The notes beneath the pieces were generated by a model. The model did not search any database and was not told the DNA's origin. It saw only the letters and a list, made by a program, of their open reading frames with translations. A stretch of 60,909 nucleotides of DNA, counting the filler, from Nitrospinota bacterium (GTDB taxonomy: Bacteria > JADFOP01): assembly GCA_022562795.1 (NCBI GenBank). It is 4 parts of 4 records of this genome, joined end to end, with 100 filler letters (N's around TTAATTAATTAA, not from the genome) between each part and the next. Parts side by side here need not be neighbours in the genome. Positions count along the whole stretch, not along the records: positions 46,479 to 60,909 come from JADFOP010000049.1; 3 more parts are not named here. The stretch is one strand, 5' to 3'. Positions 48,632 through 58,616 of the stretch are shown in pieces. How positions within the stretch are numbered: position 1 is the stretch's first letter; the number at the start of each line of letters is the position of its first letter. The translations under genes were made by a program, and so were the position numbers.

Positions 48632-48753
48632 TCCGCCTTAGGCGGACCTTAGGCGGACTACACAGGATTAGGCCAATGCAGCCTCCGTTCTCTTGTTATG
48701 TAGGTACAGGGCTTGCCCCTGTCCGCATCTTGGGTAGTTCCGCCTCAGGCGGA
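48632..48753. repeat. Cluster of short REP-like palindromes
   Basis: TCCGCC-TTA-GGCGGA (48632-48646, partly duplicated), GTAGGT-ACAGGG-CTTGC-CCCTGT (48700-48722), TCCGCC-TCA-GGCGGA (48739-48753). Confidence 0.6.
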
Positions 48754-48776
48754 GACCCCGACACCCTTCCACCTTC

Positions 48777-49187
48777 CTACTTCCCCCCCGGCTTCCTTGC
48801 CCAGGCGGCCCATTTGGCCACAGCCCGGCTGCGCTTTAGCCGGGAGGCGGAGTCGGCGTAGCCGAAATCCTGGCCCGTCCGGCGGCGAAGCTCCGCCGCG
48901 ATGGGGTCTTTGACTATAAGATACTGGTCCTGGAGGCTTCGTACAAGCTCGGCGGCGGTGTCGGCATCCTTCCGCTTCAAGAGGGCGGCGCCCACCCTGG
49001 GGGTGTCGATCAGGTAAGCGGCGGGGAAATCCCAGACGGCAGTCCGGGCCGCGTAGAGGCTGAAGGAGGCCGGCCAGAGCCACCCGGCCGGCTCGCCGTC
49101 AGGCGCGAAAGGGGCCTCCCCGGCGAGCGCCGCCGGCCCGATAAGGATAACCGACAGGATGAGGAGGGTGCCACAGAGCCGACGCAT
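48777..49187 (-). CDS. Hypothetical exported protein
   Basis: Signal-peptide-like N-terminus, GC3-biased codons. Confidence 0.55.
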   Translation of the reverse strand: MRRLCGTLLILSVILIGPAALAGEAPFAPDGEPAGWLWPASFSLYAARTAVWDFPAAYLIDTPRVGAALLKRKDADTAAELVRSLQDQYLIVKDPIAAELRRRTGQDFGYADSASRLKRSRAVAKWAAWARKPGGK

Positions 49188-49346
49188 GGAAAAGCTCTCC
49201 CTGGCTGGCACGGGCGTTCGTCAATACCCGTCCCTGAAGGTTTCTTGCCCGCATACTTCCGTAGTGCTATATTCTAGCAAGTGGTGGGATTCGGTCAATA
49301 CCACTCGGTAAACCATCCACCGGCCGCTATCGGCGAGGAAGACCAA

Positions 49347-49910
49347 ATGATGGAAGAGCACATCCGAGAGGTTCTAGCCAAGCTGGGCGAGGACCCCGAC
49401 CGGGAGGGCCTCCGCGACACTCCCGCACGGGTGGCCGAGGCCTTCCGCTCCCTGACGGCAGGCTACTTCATGGACGTGGACCAAGTCGTAAACGGCGCCA
49501 TCTTCGAGGAGGAGTACGACGAGATGGTCATCTGCAAGGGCATCGAGGTCTACTCGCTATGCGAGCACCACATGCTCCCCTTCTACGGCCAGGCCCACAT
49601 AGCCTACGTGCCCGACGGGCGAATCCTGGGCCTAAGCAAGATGGCCCGGGTCATGGACGTCTTCGCCCGCCGTCTCCAGCTGCAGGAGCGCCTGACCCAC
49701 CAGGTGGCCGAGGCCTTGAACGACATCCTTTCGCCGAAGGGTGTGGCGGTCGTCATCGAGGCCAAGCACCTCTGCATGCTCATGCGGGGGGTCGAGAAGC
49801 AAAACTCCATCGCCACCACTAGCTGCATGCTCGGGGTCTTCAAGAGCCGGCACGAGACCCGGATGGAGTTTTTGAACCTCATCGGGGGGCGGTCGGAGGG
49901 ATCGGGCTAA
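49347..49910 (+). CDS. folE: GTP cyclohydrolase I
   Basis: '[11 protein letters not shown]', '[10 protein letters not shown]', 'GLSK', 'QLQERLT', 'HLCMLMRG'. Confidence 0.96.
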   Translation: MMEEHIREVLAKLGEDPDREGLRDTPARVAEAFRSLTAGYFMDVDQVVNGAIFEEEYDEMVICKGIEVYSLCEHHMLPFYGQAHIAYVPDGRILGLSKMARVMDVFARRLQLQERLTHQVAEALNDILSPKGVAVVIEAKHLCMLMRGVEKQNSIATTSCMLGVFKSRHETRMEFLNLIGGRSEGSG

Positions 49911-49930
49911 ACTCCACGCACGGACCACGT

Positions 49931-49970
49931 AAACCGGTGGCCTGACTGCCTACGGCCGCCGGTTTTTATT
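49931..49970. terminator. Intrinsic terminator between convergent folE and mreB
   Basis: Stem AAACCGGTGGCC / GGCCGCCGGTTT followed by a T-run. Confidence 0.7.
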
Positions 49971-50027
49971 GTGCCTGGATTGAGATAAACGGAATTTAGA
50001 GGAAAGGGCCACCCTGAAAAGGCTCGG

Positions 50028-51053
50028 TCAGTTAAGGCAGACCCTCTTGAATTCCTGAAAGTTTTCCATGACCATGCCCGTCCCCCTGACGACCGCCCTA
50101 AGAGGCTCGCGGGCCCGGTAGATGTGGATATTCGTCTCCCGGTGGAGGCGGCTCCCGATGCCCCTTAGCAGCGCGCCCCCGCCGGCCAGCACAATGCCCC
50201 TCTCCATAATCTCCATGGTTACCTCCGTAGAGATGTTGTCGAAGGCCTTCGTGATGGCGCCGATGATGGCCTTGATCGGCTCGTCCAAAGCCTCTCGCAA
50301 GACCTCGTCGTTCAGGGTCAGCTTCTTGGGTATTCCACGTATGATGTCGCGGCCGCGGGCTTCGACCTGGAGACGTTTTTTAAGGGGGCTCGCGCTTCCG
50401 GCGGCGATTTTGATCCGCTCGGCCTCGAATATGCCCACCTCCATCTTATAGCGGTTACGGAGGTAGCGGACGATGGCCTCGTCCATCTCGTCGCCGGCGA
50501 CCCGGATTGATTCGTTGTAGGAGATGGCCGACCGGCTTATGATGGCCACCTCGGTCGTTCCCCCCCCTATGTCGACGACCATGCTCCCCAGCGTGTTGTC
50601 GATGTCGACCTTGGCCCCGATGGCGGCGGCCATGGGCTCTTCGATGAGGTTTATCTGGCGGACGCCGGCCTCATAAGACGCCTCGATGACGGCCCGCTTC
50701 TCGACGGGGGTGATGCCGCTGGGGACGGCCACAAGCACCCTTGGCCGGGCGGACTTTCGCCTATGGACCTGCCGGATGAAGTACTGGATCATCTTCTGGG
50801 TGACGTCGAAATCGGCTATTACCCCGTCCTTCATGGGACGGACGACTTTGATGGAGTCGGGCGTCTTGCCGTAGAGAATCTTGGCATTAGTTCCGATGGC
50901 GACGATGTCGCCATTCGGTCCGGAAAGGGCCACCATGGATGGTTCGTCGACGACAATCCCCTCCCCACGGACGTGGATTAGGGTGTTGGCAGTTCCCAGG
51001 TCGATCGCCATGTCCTTGGAAAACCATCCGAAGAGCCTGCTAAATAGACCCAT
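50028..51053 (-). CDS. mreB: MreB-family actin-like protein
   Basis: 'IDLGTANT', 'RPMKDGVIADF', 'EEPMAAAIG', 'DIGGGTTE', 'LAGGGALL'. Confidence 0.93.
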   Translation of the reverse strand: MGLFSRLFGWFSKDMAIDLGTANTLIHVRGEGIVVDEPSMVALSGPNGDIVAIGTNAKILYGKTPDSIKVVRPMKDGVIADFDVTQKMIQYFIRQVHRRKSARPRVLVAVPSGITPVEKRAVIEASYEAGVRQINLIEEPMAAAIGAKVDIDNTLGSMVVDIGGGTTEVAIISRSAISYNESIRVAGDEMDEAIVRYLRNRYKMEVGIFEAERIKIAAGSASPLKKRLQVEARGRDIIRGIPKKLTLNDEVLREALDEPIKAIIGAITKAFDNISTEVTMEIMERGIVLAGGGALLRGIGSRLHRETNIHIYRAREPLRAVVRGTGMVMENFQEFKRVCLN

Positions 51054-52514
51054 GGCGTCCCTCCTCAACGGCTACGAGCCGCCGCTCGCCACGCCGGCCC
51101 CCCCGCGCGGCCACCGCGCCCTGGGCTGCCTTGGCCAGGAGCTTATCAAGGTTTGTCGTATCATCGGGGAAGACGGCCAGCCCCGCTGTCGCATGAAGGT
51201 TGAACGGCCCGTTGGGGCCGGTGAAGGCGATCCGGCCCAGCCCGGCAATGAGCCGGTCTGCCAGGGCCCGTCCGTTGGCGGCGTTGAGCCGGTAACATAG
51301 GATCACAAAACGGCCTTCATCGTCGCGCCCCAGGAGGTCCTTATCCCCGATGTGCCCCGGCAGTGATCAGCCACCCCCCTGAGGGCCTCGTCCACAGCGG
51401 AGCGGCCGGCCGACAGCCTAAGCGCGTCAAGCTCTTGGAGGGCCAAGGTGAGACAGGCGACCCGATGGCCCTCGGCTGTCGCCCGATCGAGGAGCGCCCC
51501 CCCCAGCTCACTGAGGCGCCGGAAGTTGGATATGCCCGTAGTCGGCTCCAGGTGGGTGAGCAGTCGCTCCCGCCGCTTCGAGGCGGACGCGCTCAATGCG
51601 GCGGCCACCTGAGCGGCCAAGAGGCGCGCCGTCGAGACCTCGGCCTCCTTGAAAGCCCCTCGCCGCCGTGCGAGAAAAACAAGCACCCCGAGAAGCTCGG
51701 CCCCGGCTACCAGGGGGACGCCCAGAAAAGCCTTCACCCCGAAGAAGGGCTCTTCGGGAGAGAAGACGAAGGTCTTAGAGTGATATTCCCGGCACTCGGT
51801 CAAGGCCAGGGCCTTGGAGTTTCGAATCACCCACCCGGCAAGGCTTTGTTCGAGGCTGACCTCCAGCTCCCGGCAGTTGGGCATCCCCTCCCCGGCAGAG
51901 CTGACGACCCGGCAGGCGCCGTCCTCCTCACCCACGAGGGCCACCGCGACCGCGTCCGCCCCTACCAGGTCCGGCGGACAGGCCACCGCCGCCTCGACCA
52001 CCGACGCCGGGTTTATGGCCTGGCCCAAAGAATCGCATACGGCCAGAAGGTTATCTATGGCTGACGTGTTCTGGACCATGAGGGCCTGGACGGTGCTGTT
52101 ATGAAACCACCGACCCACGTGGTCGGCGAAGAGGGTCATCAGTTTTTGCATCCTTGGCGGGAAGACGTAGGAGCGCTTGCTGTCGATGGCCAGCACGCCC
52201 CTTCTCTCGCCTACCGGGATGGGAACGGCCAGGAAGCTCTTGATCTCCTCGTCGGCCCGATAGAAGCCGAGGGTGGTGGTTTCAGGCTTGAAATCGCTTA
52301 CAACGATGGGCTCCCCGTTGGCGGCTACCCAACCGACGAGGCCGCTTCCTACCTCGATTATGCACTCAGGAATAATGTGGGGGCTCAAGGAGTGGCATGC
52401 AGCGAGGGTTAAGGTGTCGCCATTATCGGAAGGGAGAAAGATCGCAGCGGTAAAGGCCTCGGCGACCGATGCGATTAGCTTGATGAGATGGTCGATATCG
52501 CGGTCAAAGCCCAT
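51040..52514 (-). pseudogene. Tandem-GAF + degenerate GGDEF protein, frameshifted near 51355 (mutation or sequencing error)
   Basis: Two GAF domains. Shifting frame at the C4 run (51355-51358) gives ...HIGDKDLLGRDDEGRFVILC...TAGLAVFPDD..., joining ORF 51040-51306. Confidence 0.7.
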
Positions 52515-52632
52515 GATGCCTAAGAAACGTCTCCAAGCATCCAATCGGGAAGGCACGCATCGTTAACATAACACAAAAAGGCCCAAGCCTTCAAGCGGAT
52601 TTTCTTGTCTTTCGTTCCGGGAGCAGTAAAGG

Positions 52633-53103
52633 TCAGCCGCCTAGGGCAAGACCATCCGAGGCCAGGAACCCATTGAGGGCCTCCTGGAGCTCCACGGCGC
52701 AGGCGCGGTAATGGAAGGCGCTACCGCCGTAAGGGTCGGGAATCCCACGGTCCGGATCATCCCCAGGCCCGTAGGCGCCGAGCAGCCAGACCCTCTCAAT
52801 TGCCTCGGGCGCCATAGAGCTTACGAAATCCCGGTGCTCATGCGTCATTACCAGTATGCAATCGGCCCACTGGATAAGCTCCTCGGATATCATCTGACCC
52901 CTGTGTTCGCTCACGTCAGCTCCAAAGGGCTTCAGGGCCTCGTGGACCAGAGGCTCCGCGGGCCAGTCAACCAAAGCGGCTATTCCGGTGCTCTGCACCT
53001 CGACGCCGTCCACGCCTTTGTCGGCCAGAGTCTTTTGCAATAGCCCAACCGCCATGGGGCTGCGGCAGATGTTGCCGGTGCAGACGATTAGAACTCGTTT
53101 CAT
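52633..53103 (-). CDS. Low-molecular-weight protein tyrosine/arginine phosphatase
   Basis: 'VCTGNICRSPMA', 'IPDPYG'. Confidence 0.93.
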   Translation of the reverse strand: MKRVLIVCTGNICRSPMAVGLLQKTLADKGVDGVEVQSTGIAALVDWPAEPLVHEALKPFGADVSEHRGQMISEELIQWADCILVMTHEHRDFVSSMAPEAIERVWLLGAYGPGDDPDRGIPDPYGGSAFHYRACAVELQEALNGFLASDGLALGG

Positions 53104-54026
53104 AGGGTCGGGGGGATATTGAGAACGGGGGCGGTCGGCCTGGCACGGGTACCGAGAAAATCCCTGAGACAGACGGTGAAGTTACCCGCGACATCTGGTC
53201 TGGCATTTACGATGTATAGGGAATTGTTGACGTGGAAGAGCTCGTCTTGGAGGCGAGAGACGGGGTATTGCGTAGCCGCAGGCCCATACTCATCCGCCAG
53301 GACCTCCTCGACCATGGGTACGATTTTATCGGCCATTCTGAGCTCCGTGTCCTCAAAGAATATGGCCATCTGTGGCTTCAAGGTCCGCACCCTCCGAAAG
53401 AAGGCGGCCAGCTCGGGGCTCGCTATGTGCTTGGGAGGGGCGCTCTTGACCTCCACGTAGACCATGTGTCCCTCCACGAAGGCTATCACGTCGTAGTCTC
53501 CACCGTGCTTGGTGTCTCGAAGGGTGATGCCCCAGGAGGCCTCGCAGCCTAACTCTCGTCGGAAGAGCTCGGCCACGAACCATTCCAGGGTCTCACCGAA
53601 GCTGTCCCTGGCCCCAGCCGCCATCCGCCATCTCTGGGGGCCGGCCGGCTCTACGAGGCCGAGTTCGACGGCCTGCTCGACGTATCGCTCACACTGCTCC
53701 CGGGCACAATAGCGGGTGAGGCTACCAATGGTGAAACCCTCAGCCTCCCTTATCATATCCCTCAACACGAGGCGGAAGGAGTACTTCTTAAGCCACTCGT
53801 AGAAGGTATCGAGAAAACCTGCATCAGCGCCGATGGGAAAGCAACATGCCTCGAGGGGCTCGGCCCGATGGATGTCAAAGCCCCGCCTGGCCAGGCGGTT
53901 GACGACCGACTCCCCGGCGCCGTCGATTCGACGTGCGATAGCCTGGACCTCCCGGCGCAGCGATGCCAGCTCGGCCACAACGGAGGTTAAGTCATCTTTG
54001 TCGCTAATAGTGGTGGGGTCATTCAT
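53100..54026 (-). CDS. Hypothetical protein with PD-(D/E)XK-like motif
   Basis: 'ETLEWFV', 'GDYDV...VYVEVKS'. Confidence 0.6.
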   Translation of the reverse strand: MNDPTTISDKDDLTSVVAELASLRREVQAIARRIDGAGESVVNRLARRGFDIHRAEPLEACCFPIGADAGFLDTFYEWLKKYSFRLVLRDMIREAEGFTIGSLTRYCAREQCERYVEQAVELGLVEPAGPQRWRMAAGARDSFGETLEWFVAELFRRELGCEASWGITLRDTKHGGDYDVIAFVEGHMVYVEVKSAPPKHIASPELAAFFRRVRTLKPQMAIFFEDTELRMADKIVPMVEEVLADEYGPAATQYPVSRLQDELFHVNNSLYIVNARPDVAGNFTVCLRDFLGTRARPTAPVLNIPPTL

Positions 54027-54213
54027 CGGACAGATTTGCGTCGCGGCGACGAACATCCCTATAGTGCTTTTCGAACTGGTCGACGAGTTTATCGATGTCC
54101 GGGCGCTTGGTTTTAGCTTTTGGTCGGCCACCGAAGCGGTACAGGAGGTAGGCAACGAGGAGGCCCACGATGAAGCCCACCCCTAAGCCATCAAGGAAGA
54201 ACTGGTAATTCAT
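54019..54213 (-). CDS. Small single-TM hypothetical protein
   Basis: RBS GGAGG; hydrophobic N-terminus; overlaps the next gene's start. Confidence 0.55.
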   Translation of the reverse strand: MNYQFFLDGLGVGFIVGLLVAYLLYRFGGRPKAKTKRPDIDKLVDQFEKHYRDVRRRDANLSDE

Positions 54214-54310
54214 CCCACGGCTCCCTCCCGACGAACCATCATCGGGCACGTGCCCCTAATATGACAGGGCGAGCCGGATAAGTCAACTTAAGAGCGTTTG
54301 GGAATGGGTC

Positions 54311-55318
54311 TCAGCGGGTGGTGATCTCTACTCTCGCCTCTCCCTCGACGAAGAGGACATCCAGGCGGGTGGTCTTTCCTCTCACTACGGGAAGGTCCGA
54401 CAGGCGGGTCGGCTTTGTGGAGACCCCCGGGATGGGCGGAATCACCAGGCTGTAGTTGCCCACGGGAACCCGGGTTGGGGAGGCAGTGGATACCGGGAAT
54501 GACTTCTGGGAGGTTTGGTGTCTGGCCGTGGCGTTGGCGACCAATGCTTCGGCTGTCTCGGCCAACACCTCTCGGAGCTCCCCCGGCCTATCCAGGGTGA
54601 GGACTTCGGCGGAGCCCAGGGTCTCCAGCTCGGCGAGAGATTGACGAATCTCCGGCGGCGCATCTTCGCCTATGAAAGCCACCTTTATCTCAATTCCAGC
54701 CTCTGTGAGGGCTTTGATCGCCTCGGCCGGGTTTCCGCCGAACGATTGGCACCTCTCCCGACCGTCAGTGATCACGACGAGTCGCTTCTGGCCCTTCACG
54801 CCTCGGAAGTCCTTGATGACCTGCCGAATGGAATAGCCCAGAGGGGTCCAGCCTCTTGCCTTTATCCCCTGGATGGCCTTTAAGACATCTTTGGGCCTCC
54901 CCTTACCCAAGGGGATGAGCAGCTTCGTATCACGGCATCCTTCGGTCTGATATGGCTCTGTATTGGGGGTGCTGGCGCCGAAGACCCGTAGGCCCAACTT
55001 AAGCCCATCAGGGGCGCGCTTCACAAAGCGGCTGAGGGCTTCCTTGGCCTCGTCAATCTTGCGCCGTCCAGAGGCGGGGTGGGTTCTCAACATGGAGCCT
55101 GAGGCGTCGAAAAGCACCTCTACGGCAAGGCCTTCCGGCTGCACGGCACGGCCGCTCGCCCGCCGAGCCGTCACACGAAGCTCCAGCGATCCCGTTATTT
55201 GTGTCCGGCCTAGTAATCCTGGCGGCAGAGCCTCGGGCTTGAAAAAGAAGAAGTATGCGCCAGTCCCGCCGGCGGCTAAGATAGTTAGAAGGACGATGTA
55301 TTGAAAAGCGCGGCTCAT
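54311..55318 (-). CDS. Membrane-anchored vWA-domain protein
   Basis: MIDAS 'DASGSM', 'GWTPL', 'ITDGRERC'. Confidence 0.88.
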   Translation of the reverse strand: MSRAFQYIVLLTILAAGGTGAYFFFFKPEALPPGLLGRTQITGSLELRVTARRASGRAVQPEGLAVEVLFDASGSMLRTHPASGRRKIDEAKEALSRFVKRAPDGLKLGLRVFGASTPNTEPYQTEGCRDTKLLIPLGKGRPKDVLKAIQGIKARGWTPLGYSIRQVIKDFRGVKGQKRLVVITDGRERCQSFGGNPAEAIKALTEAGIEIKVAFIGEDAPPEIRQSLAELETLGSAEVLTLDRPGELREVLAETAEALVANATARHQTSQKSFPVSTASPTRVPVGNYSLVIPPIPGVSTKPTRLSDLPVVRGKTTRLDVLFVEGEARVEITTR

Positions 55319-55330
55319 CCGGCTCCCACC

Positions 55331-56434
55331 TCAGATACGCATGGGCATAATGACGCACTTGTAGCGGCCCCCATCGACCGGCTCGATGAGCCCCGGCGCC
55401 AGGGGATCGGTGAGTCCGATGGCCACCTCCTCAGTTTCCATCGCGTTAAGGGCGTCGAGAAGATACCTGGAGTTAAGGCCGATAAGGAATTCCTCTCCGT
55501 CATACTCAGCCGCAAGCTCCTCATGAGCCGTGCCGATCTCCGTGTCTTCACTTGCCAGGGCCAGGGTTCCTGAGGCAAGGGTCAGTTTCACCATCTTCGA
55601 CTTGTCGCTGGCCATGAGACTAACCCGCTTGAGGCCCTGGATGAACTCTTGGCGCCCCAACGTCATCACCACTTCGCTTTTCTGGGGGATGATTTGATCG
55701 TAGTTAGGAAACTGGCCTTCAATTAGACGTCCAATAAGGACGGCCTGCGGTAGCAGGAAGACAACATGGTTTTCCTGCAAGACAATCTCCAGGGTCTCGA
55801 TCTCCGGCTCCAGGAGTCGGGTAAGCTCGTGAAGGGCTTTCCGGGGAATGACCACCTGCATGGGCTCACTGACCTTCTCCAGCCCGTCCCCGAAAATTTG
55901 GGCCAGACGGTGCCCGTCTGTAGCCACCATCTCAAGGGTTTTCTCCTCCAGGTTCAGAAGCACCCCGTTTAGGACGAGGCGGCTCTCATCGGTGGAGACC
56001 GAATAAAGGGTCTTGGCCACCATATCACCGACCACACCTGGGGGAAGCTTCATGGCCTGGGCCGCGTCGAAGGAGGGCAGGGGCGGGTACTCCCCAGCCG
56101 GCATACCGGCCAGCTTAAAAGAGGCTCTTCCGCACGTGAGGCCTGCCCAGTGCTCTTTCTGAGCGACCAGGTGAACGGTCTCCTCCGGCAGTTCTCGGAC
56201 GATGTCATACAACCGGCGGGCGTTCAGGCTTAAACTACCTGCCTTGACAACCTCGGCCTCCAATGTGGCCTTAACGGCGATCTCGAAGTCGGTCGCAGTC
56301 AGGACGAGTGTCCCCCCGTCACTCGCCTCCAGCAGAACGTTCGCCAGGATGGGCTGGGGCGCTCTAGCGTCGGCCACCCCTTGGACCTTGGACAAGCCCT
56401 TGTGGAGGGCCTCCCGCGGAATGCGAATTTCCAT
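55331..56434 (-). CDS. dnaN: DNA polymerase III beta sliding clamp
   Basis: 'PILANVL', 'ATD.E', 'VATDGHRL', 'RLIEGQFPNY', 'IMPMR'. Confidence 0.96.
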   Translation of the reverse strand: MEIRIPREALHKGLSKVQGVADARAPQPILANVLLEASDGGTLVLTATDFEIAVKATLEAEVVKAGSLSLNARRLYDIVRELPEETVHLVAQKEHWAGLTCGRASFKLAGMPAGEYPPLPSFDAAQAMKLPPGVVGDMVAKTLYSVSTDESRLVLNGVLLNLEEKTLEMVATDGHRLAQIFGDGLEKVSEPMQVVIPRKALHELTRLLEPEIETLEIVLQENHVVFLLPQAVLIGRLIEGQFPNYDQIIPQKSEVVMTLGRQEFIQGLKRVSLMASDKSKMVKLTLASGTLALASEDTEIGTAHEELAAEYDGEEFLIGLNSRYLLDALNAMETEEVAIGLTDPLAPGLIEPVDGGRYKCVIMPMRI

Positions 56435-56651
56435 GGTCCCTCCTCCGTGCCGCAGTTAAAACTCGGATTTATTACAGGAAGGTCCTCATAGACCTGGAAA
56501 AATGATGTTAAATTATGTAGCTTGATATTACCATCTCTTAGGAACCGTCCGCAAGAGAAATCTGCGCCTAGGGGGGCAAATTCTCCCCCTCGGGCAACCT
56601 GGAGTTAGGTATAATGAATTTTTCATGATGCTAGTTCGCCTGGAGGATCCC

Positions 56652-57668
56652 ATGTCTGTCGTCGCCACCGCGCCGACGCGCATCGACCTGGCCGGGGGAA
56701 CCCTCGATCTAGAGGGTCTTTACGCCTTCCTCGGGGGCGTGGTGACGGTGAACATAGCCGTGGAGCTCAGGGCCCGGGCCTTCGTACGCAGGCTACGGCC
56801 GGGCAAGGTGCGCCTCGTGGCCCTTGACCTCGGTGCGGAGGCGACGGGCCGATCCGTCGGGCAATTGGCCCTGCCGGCGGCTTTGGCCATTCACGGGCGG
56901 GCCCTCTCCCATTACGGTCCCCCGACGGGTATCGAAGTGGTGACGGAAGCCGCCGCCCCCGCCGGAGGCGGCCTTGGAGGCTCCTCAGCCCTCCTTATGG
57001 CTGTATCGGCGGCGTTGCTGCGCCTCCAGGGCCGAAGGGTCATCAAGGCCCCCCTCATTGAGACGGGAGCGCGCCTCGAGGCCTCTCTGCTCGGTGTGCC
57101 TACTGGAAAGCAGGACTACCTGGCGGCGGTATTCGGGGGACTGGCCGCCTACCACTTCTCGTACGACGGCTGGAGGGTCGAGCGGCTCAATGTCTCCCGG
57201 TCCTTTTTAGAATCGCTTGCCGGTCGCCTCGTTTTGGCCTTCACAGGGGCGAGCCGACTCTCCGGGGTAACCAACTGGGAGAAATTTAAAGCCTATGTCG
57301 AGAACGTGGGCCCGACCCGGCGCCGCTTCGCACGTCTTAAGGCGATCGCCGAGGCGATGCGCGAGGCGCTTCTGGACGAGGACGTCGAAGCGGTAGGAAA
57401 GCTCCTCGTAAAGGAGTGGGCGGAGCGACGCAGGCTGGCTCCTGGAGTGAGCGTCCCTTCGGTAGAGGCGGCGCTTGGAAAAGCGAGGCGGGTCGGGGCC
57501 ATTGGCGGGAAGCTATGCGGGGCCGGCGGCGGCGGGTGCTTGGCCGTCCTGGCGGCCGACGGGAGGCGCGAGGCGGTGGAGCGCGTTCTTGAGAAGGCGG
57601 GGTTTCGTCTCCTGCCGTTTCAAGTTGCCCGGCGTGGACTGATTGTCAGGGAGGGAGTGCAGGGCTAG
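56652..57668 (+). CDS. GHMP-family sugar kinase (HddA-like heptose-7-phosphate kinase)
   Basis: 'APTRIDLAGGTLD', 'GGGLGGSS', 'GKQDY', 'KLCGAGGGG'. Confidence 0.85.
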   Translation: MSVVATAPTRIDLAGGTLDLEGLYAFLGGVVTVNIAVELRARAFVRRLRPGKVRLVALDLGAEATGRSVGQLALPAALAIHGRALSHYGPPTGIEVVTEAAAPAGGGLGGSSALLMAVSAALLRLQGRRVIKAPLIETGARLEASLLGVPTGKQDYLAAVFGGLAAYHFSYDGWRVERLNVSRSFLESLAGRLVLAFTGASRLSGVTNWEKFKAYVENVGPTRRRFARLKAIAEAMREALLDEDVEAVGKLLVKEWAERRRLAPGVSVPSVEAALGKARRVGAIGGKLCGAGGGGCLAVLAADGRREAVERVLEKAGFRLLPFQVARRGLIVREGVQG

Positions 57669-57961
57669 AAGGTCTCTTCATCCCGTTTGGTTTTGAACCG
57701 AATAGTGTAACCATCGGGAAAGCCGATCTCTAAGCCTTCGACTTCCACCGGCGGCTCCTCCATGGTCATGATCCAGAGATCGGTTAGGAATTGGCGCTGA
57801 GGGTCGGTGAGCTTGAAACCCATCTCCTCCAAGACAGCAACATCATCGAGCATCTCGATGGTGACCTCTCGCCCGATGGCTCCGATGTTGGAGTCACAAT
57901 GAGGGCACGTGGTAGCTGAGGGGTCAAGGGCCCCGTGACAAATTCGGCAGGTGTAGCCCAC
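57665..57961 (-). CDS. Small zinc-ribbon hypothetical protein
   Basis: RBS AAGGAG + GTG; 'CRIC...CPHC'. Confidence 0.6.
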   Translation of the reverse strand: MGYTCRICHGALDPSATTCPHCDSNIGAIGREVTIEMLDDVAVLEEMGFKLTDPQRQFLTDLWIMTMEEPPVEVEGLEIGFPDGYTIRFKTKRDEETF

Positions 57962-58086
57962 GGTTGCGCTCCTTTTGGAACAGGAGATTGGTGGTGCGTT
58001 ACGTGGGAATGTAGCATACCCCATCCGAGACACACGCGCAAACGGCTCTTTGCGGCCGGGGTCTGACTGAAGAAGGAGCGAGAACG

Positions 58087-58500
58087 ATGAATCCACGGCG
58101 TGGTTTCGTACTGCTCTTGGCGCTCCTCACGGCCAGCGGGTGCGGCGCCGTCCACGCTCGCTGGCCCGGCGTGCCTGTCTCGCTGAGCGTACCTCTCCGC
58201 GGCCTGTCCAAACCATCGCCCTTCACTCTGAGCCTGACCGTTGAGACCGACCCGCCCGGGGCCGAGGTCCGCCTCGACGGGCGTCTCGTAGGCGTGAGCC
58301 CCACAATCGTGCACACCGTTTTCCAGCGTAGCTTCACCGGCCGCTGCATGGCCAATCCGATCCACCGGATTCTCGTCAAGAAAGTGGGCTACCGGTCGGC
58401 TGGACTCAGCTACACCTGCCAGCTCGCCTGGGACCTCTCCGCCGGCACATCAACCGATCGCAGCCTGACCCAACGGCTGCGCCTCGAGCCCGAATGGTAG
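58087..58500 (+). CDS. PEGA-domain lipoprotein
   Basis: Lipobox 'ASGC'; 'VETDPPGAEVRLDG...GVSP', 'KKVGY'. Confidence 0.75.
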   Translation: MNPRRGFVLLLALLTASGCGAVHARWPGVPVSLSVPLRGLSKPSPFTLSLTVETDPPGAEVRLDGRLVGVSPTIVHTVFQRSFTGRCMANPIHRILVKKVGYRSAGLSYTCQLAWDLSAGTSTDRSLTQRLRLEPEW

Positions 58501-58616
58501 GCGCGTGGAGTTGCGGGGTGGGAAGGTCCGGCATGGTCGCCCAGCAATAGCGGGAGGAAAGGATTCGGAAACAAGCCTCATGAACTTGCGATTTTAAGGG
58601 AGTCACAGCGTAAAGC

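Noticed and set aside
56435-56651. AT-rich spacer upstream of dnaN as a possible oriC
   Set aside because: No dnaA nearby and no clear TTATCCACA boxes seen; consistent with a divergent promoter region.
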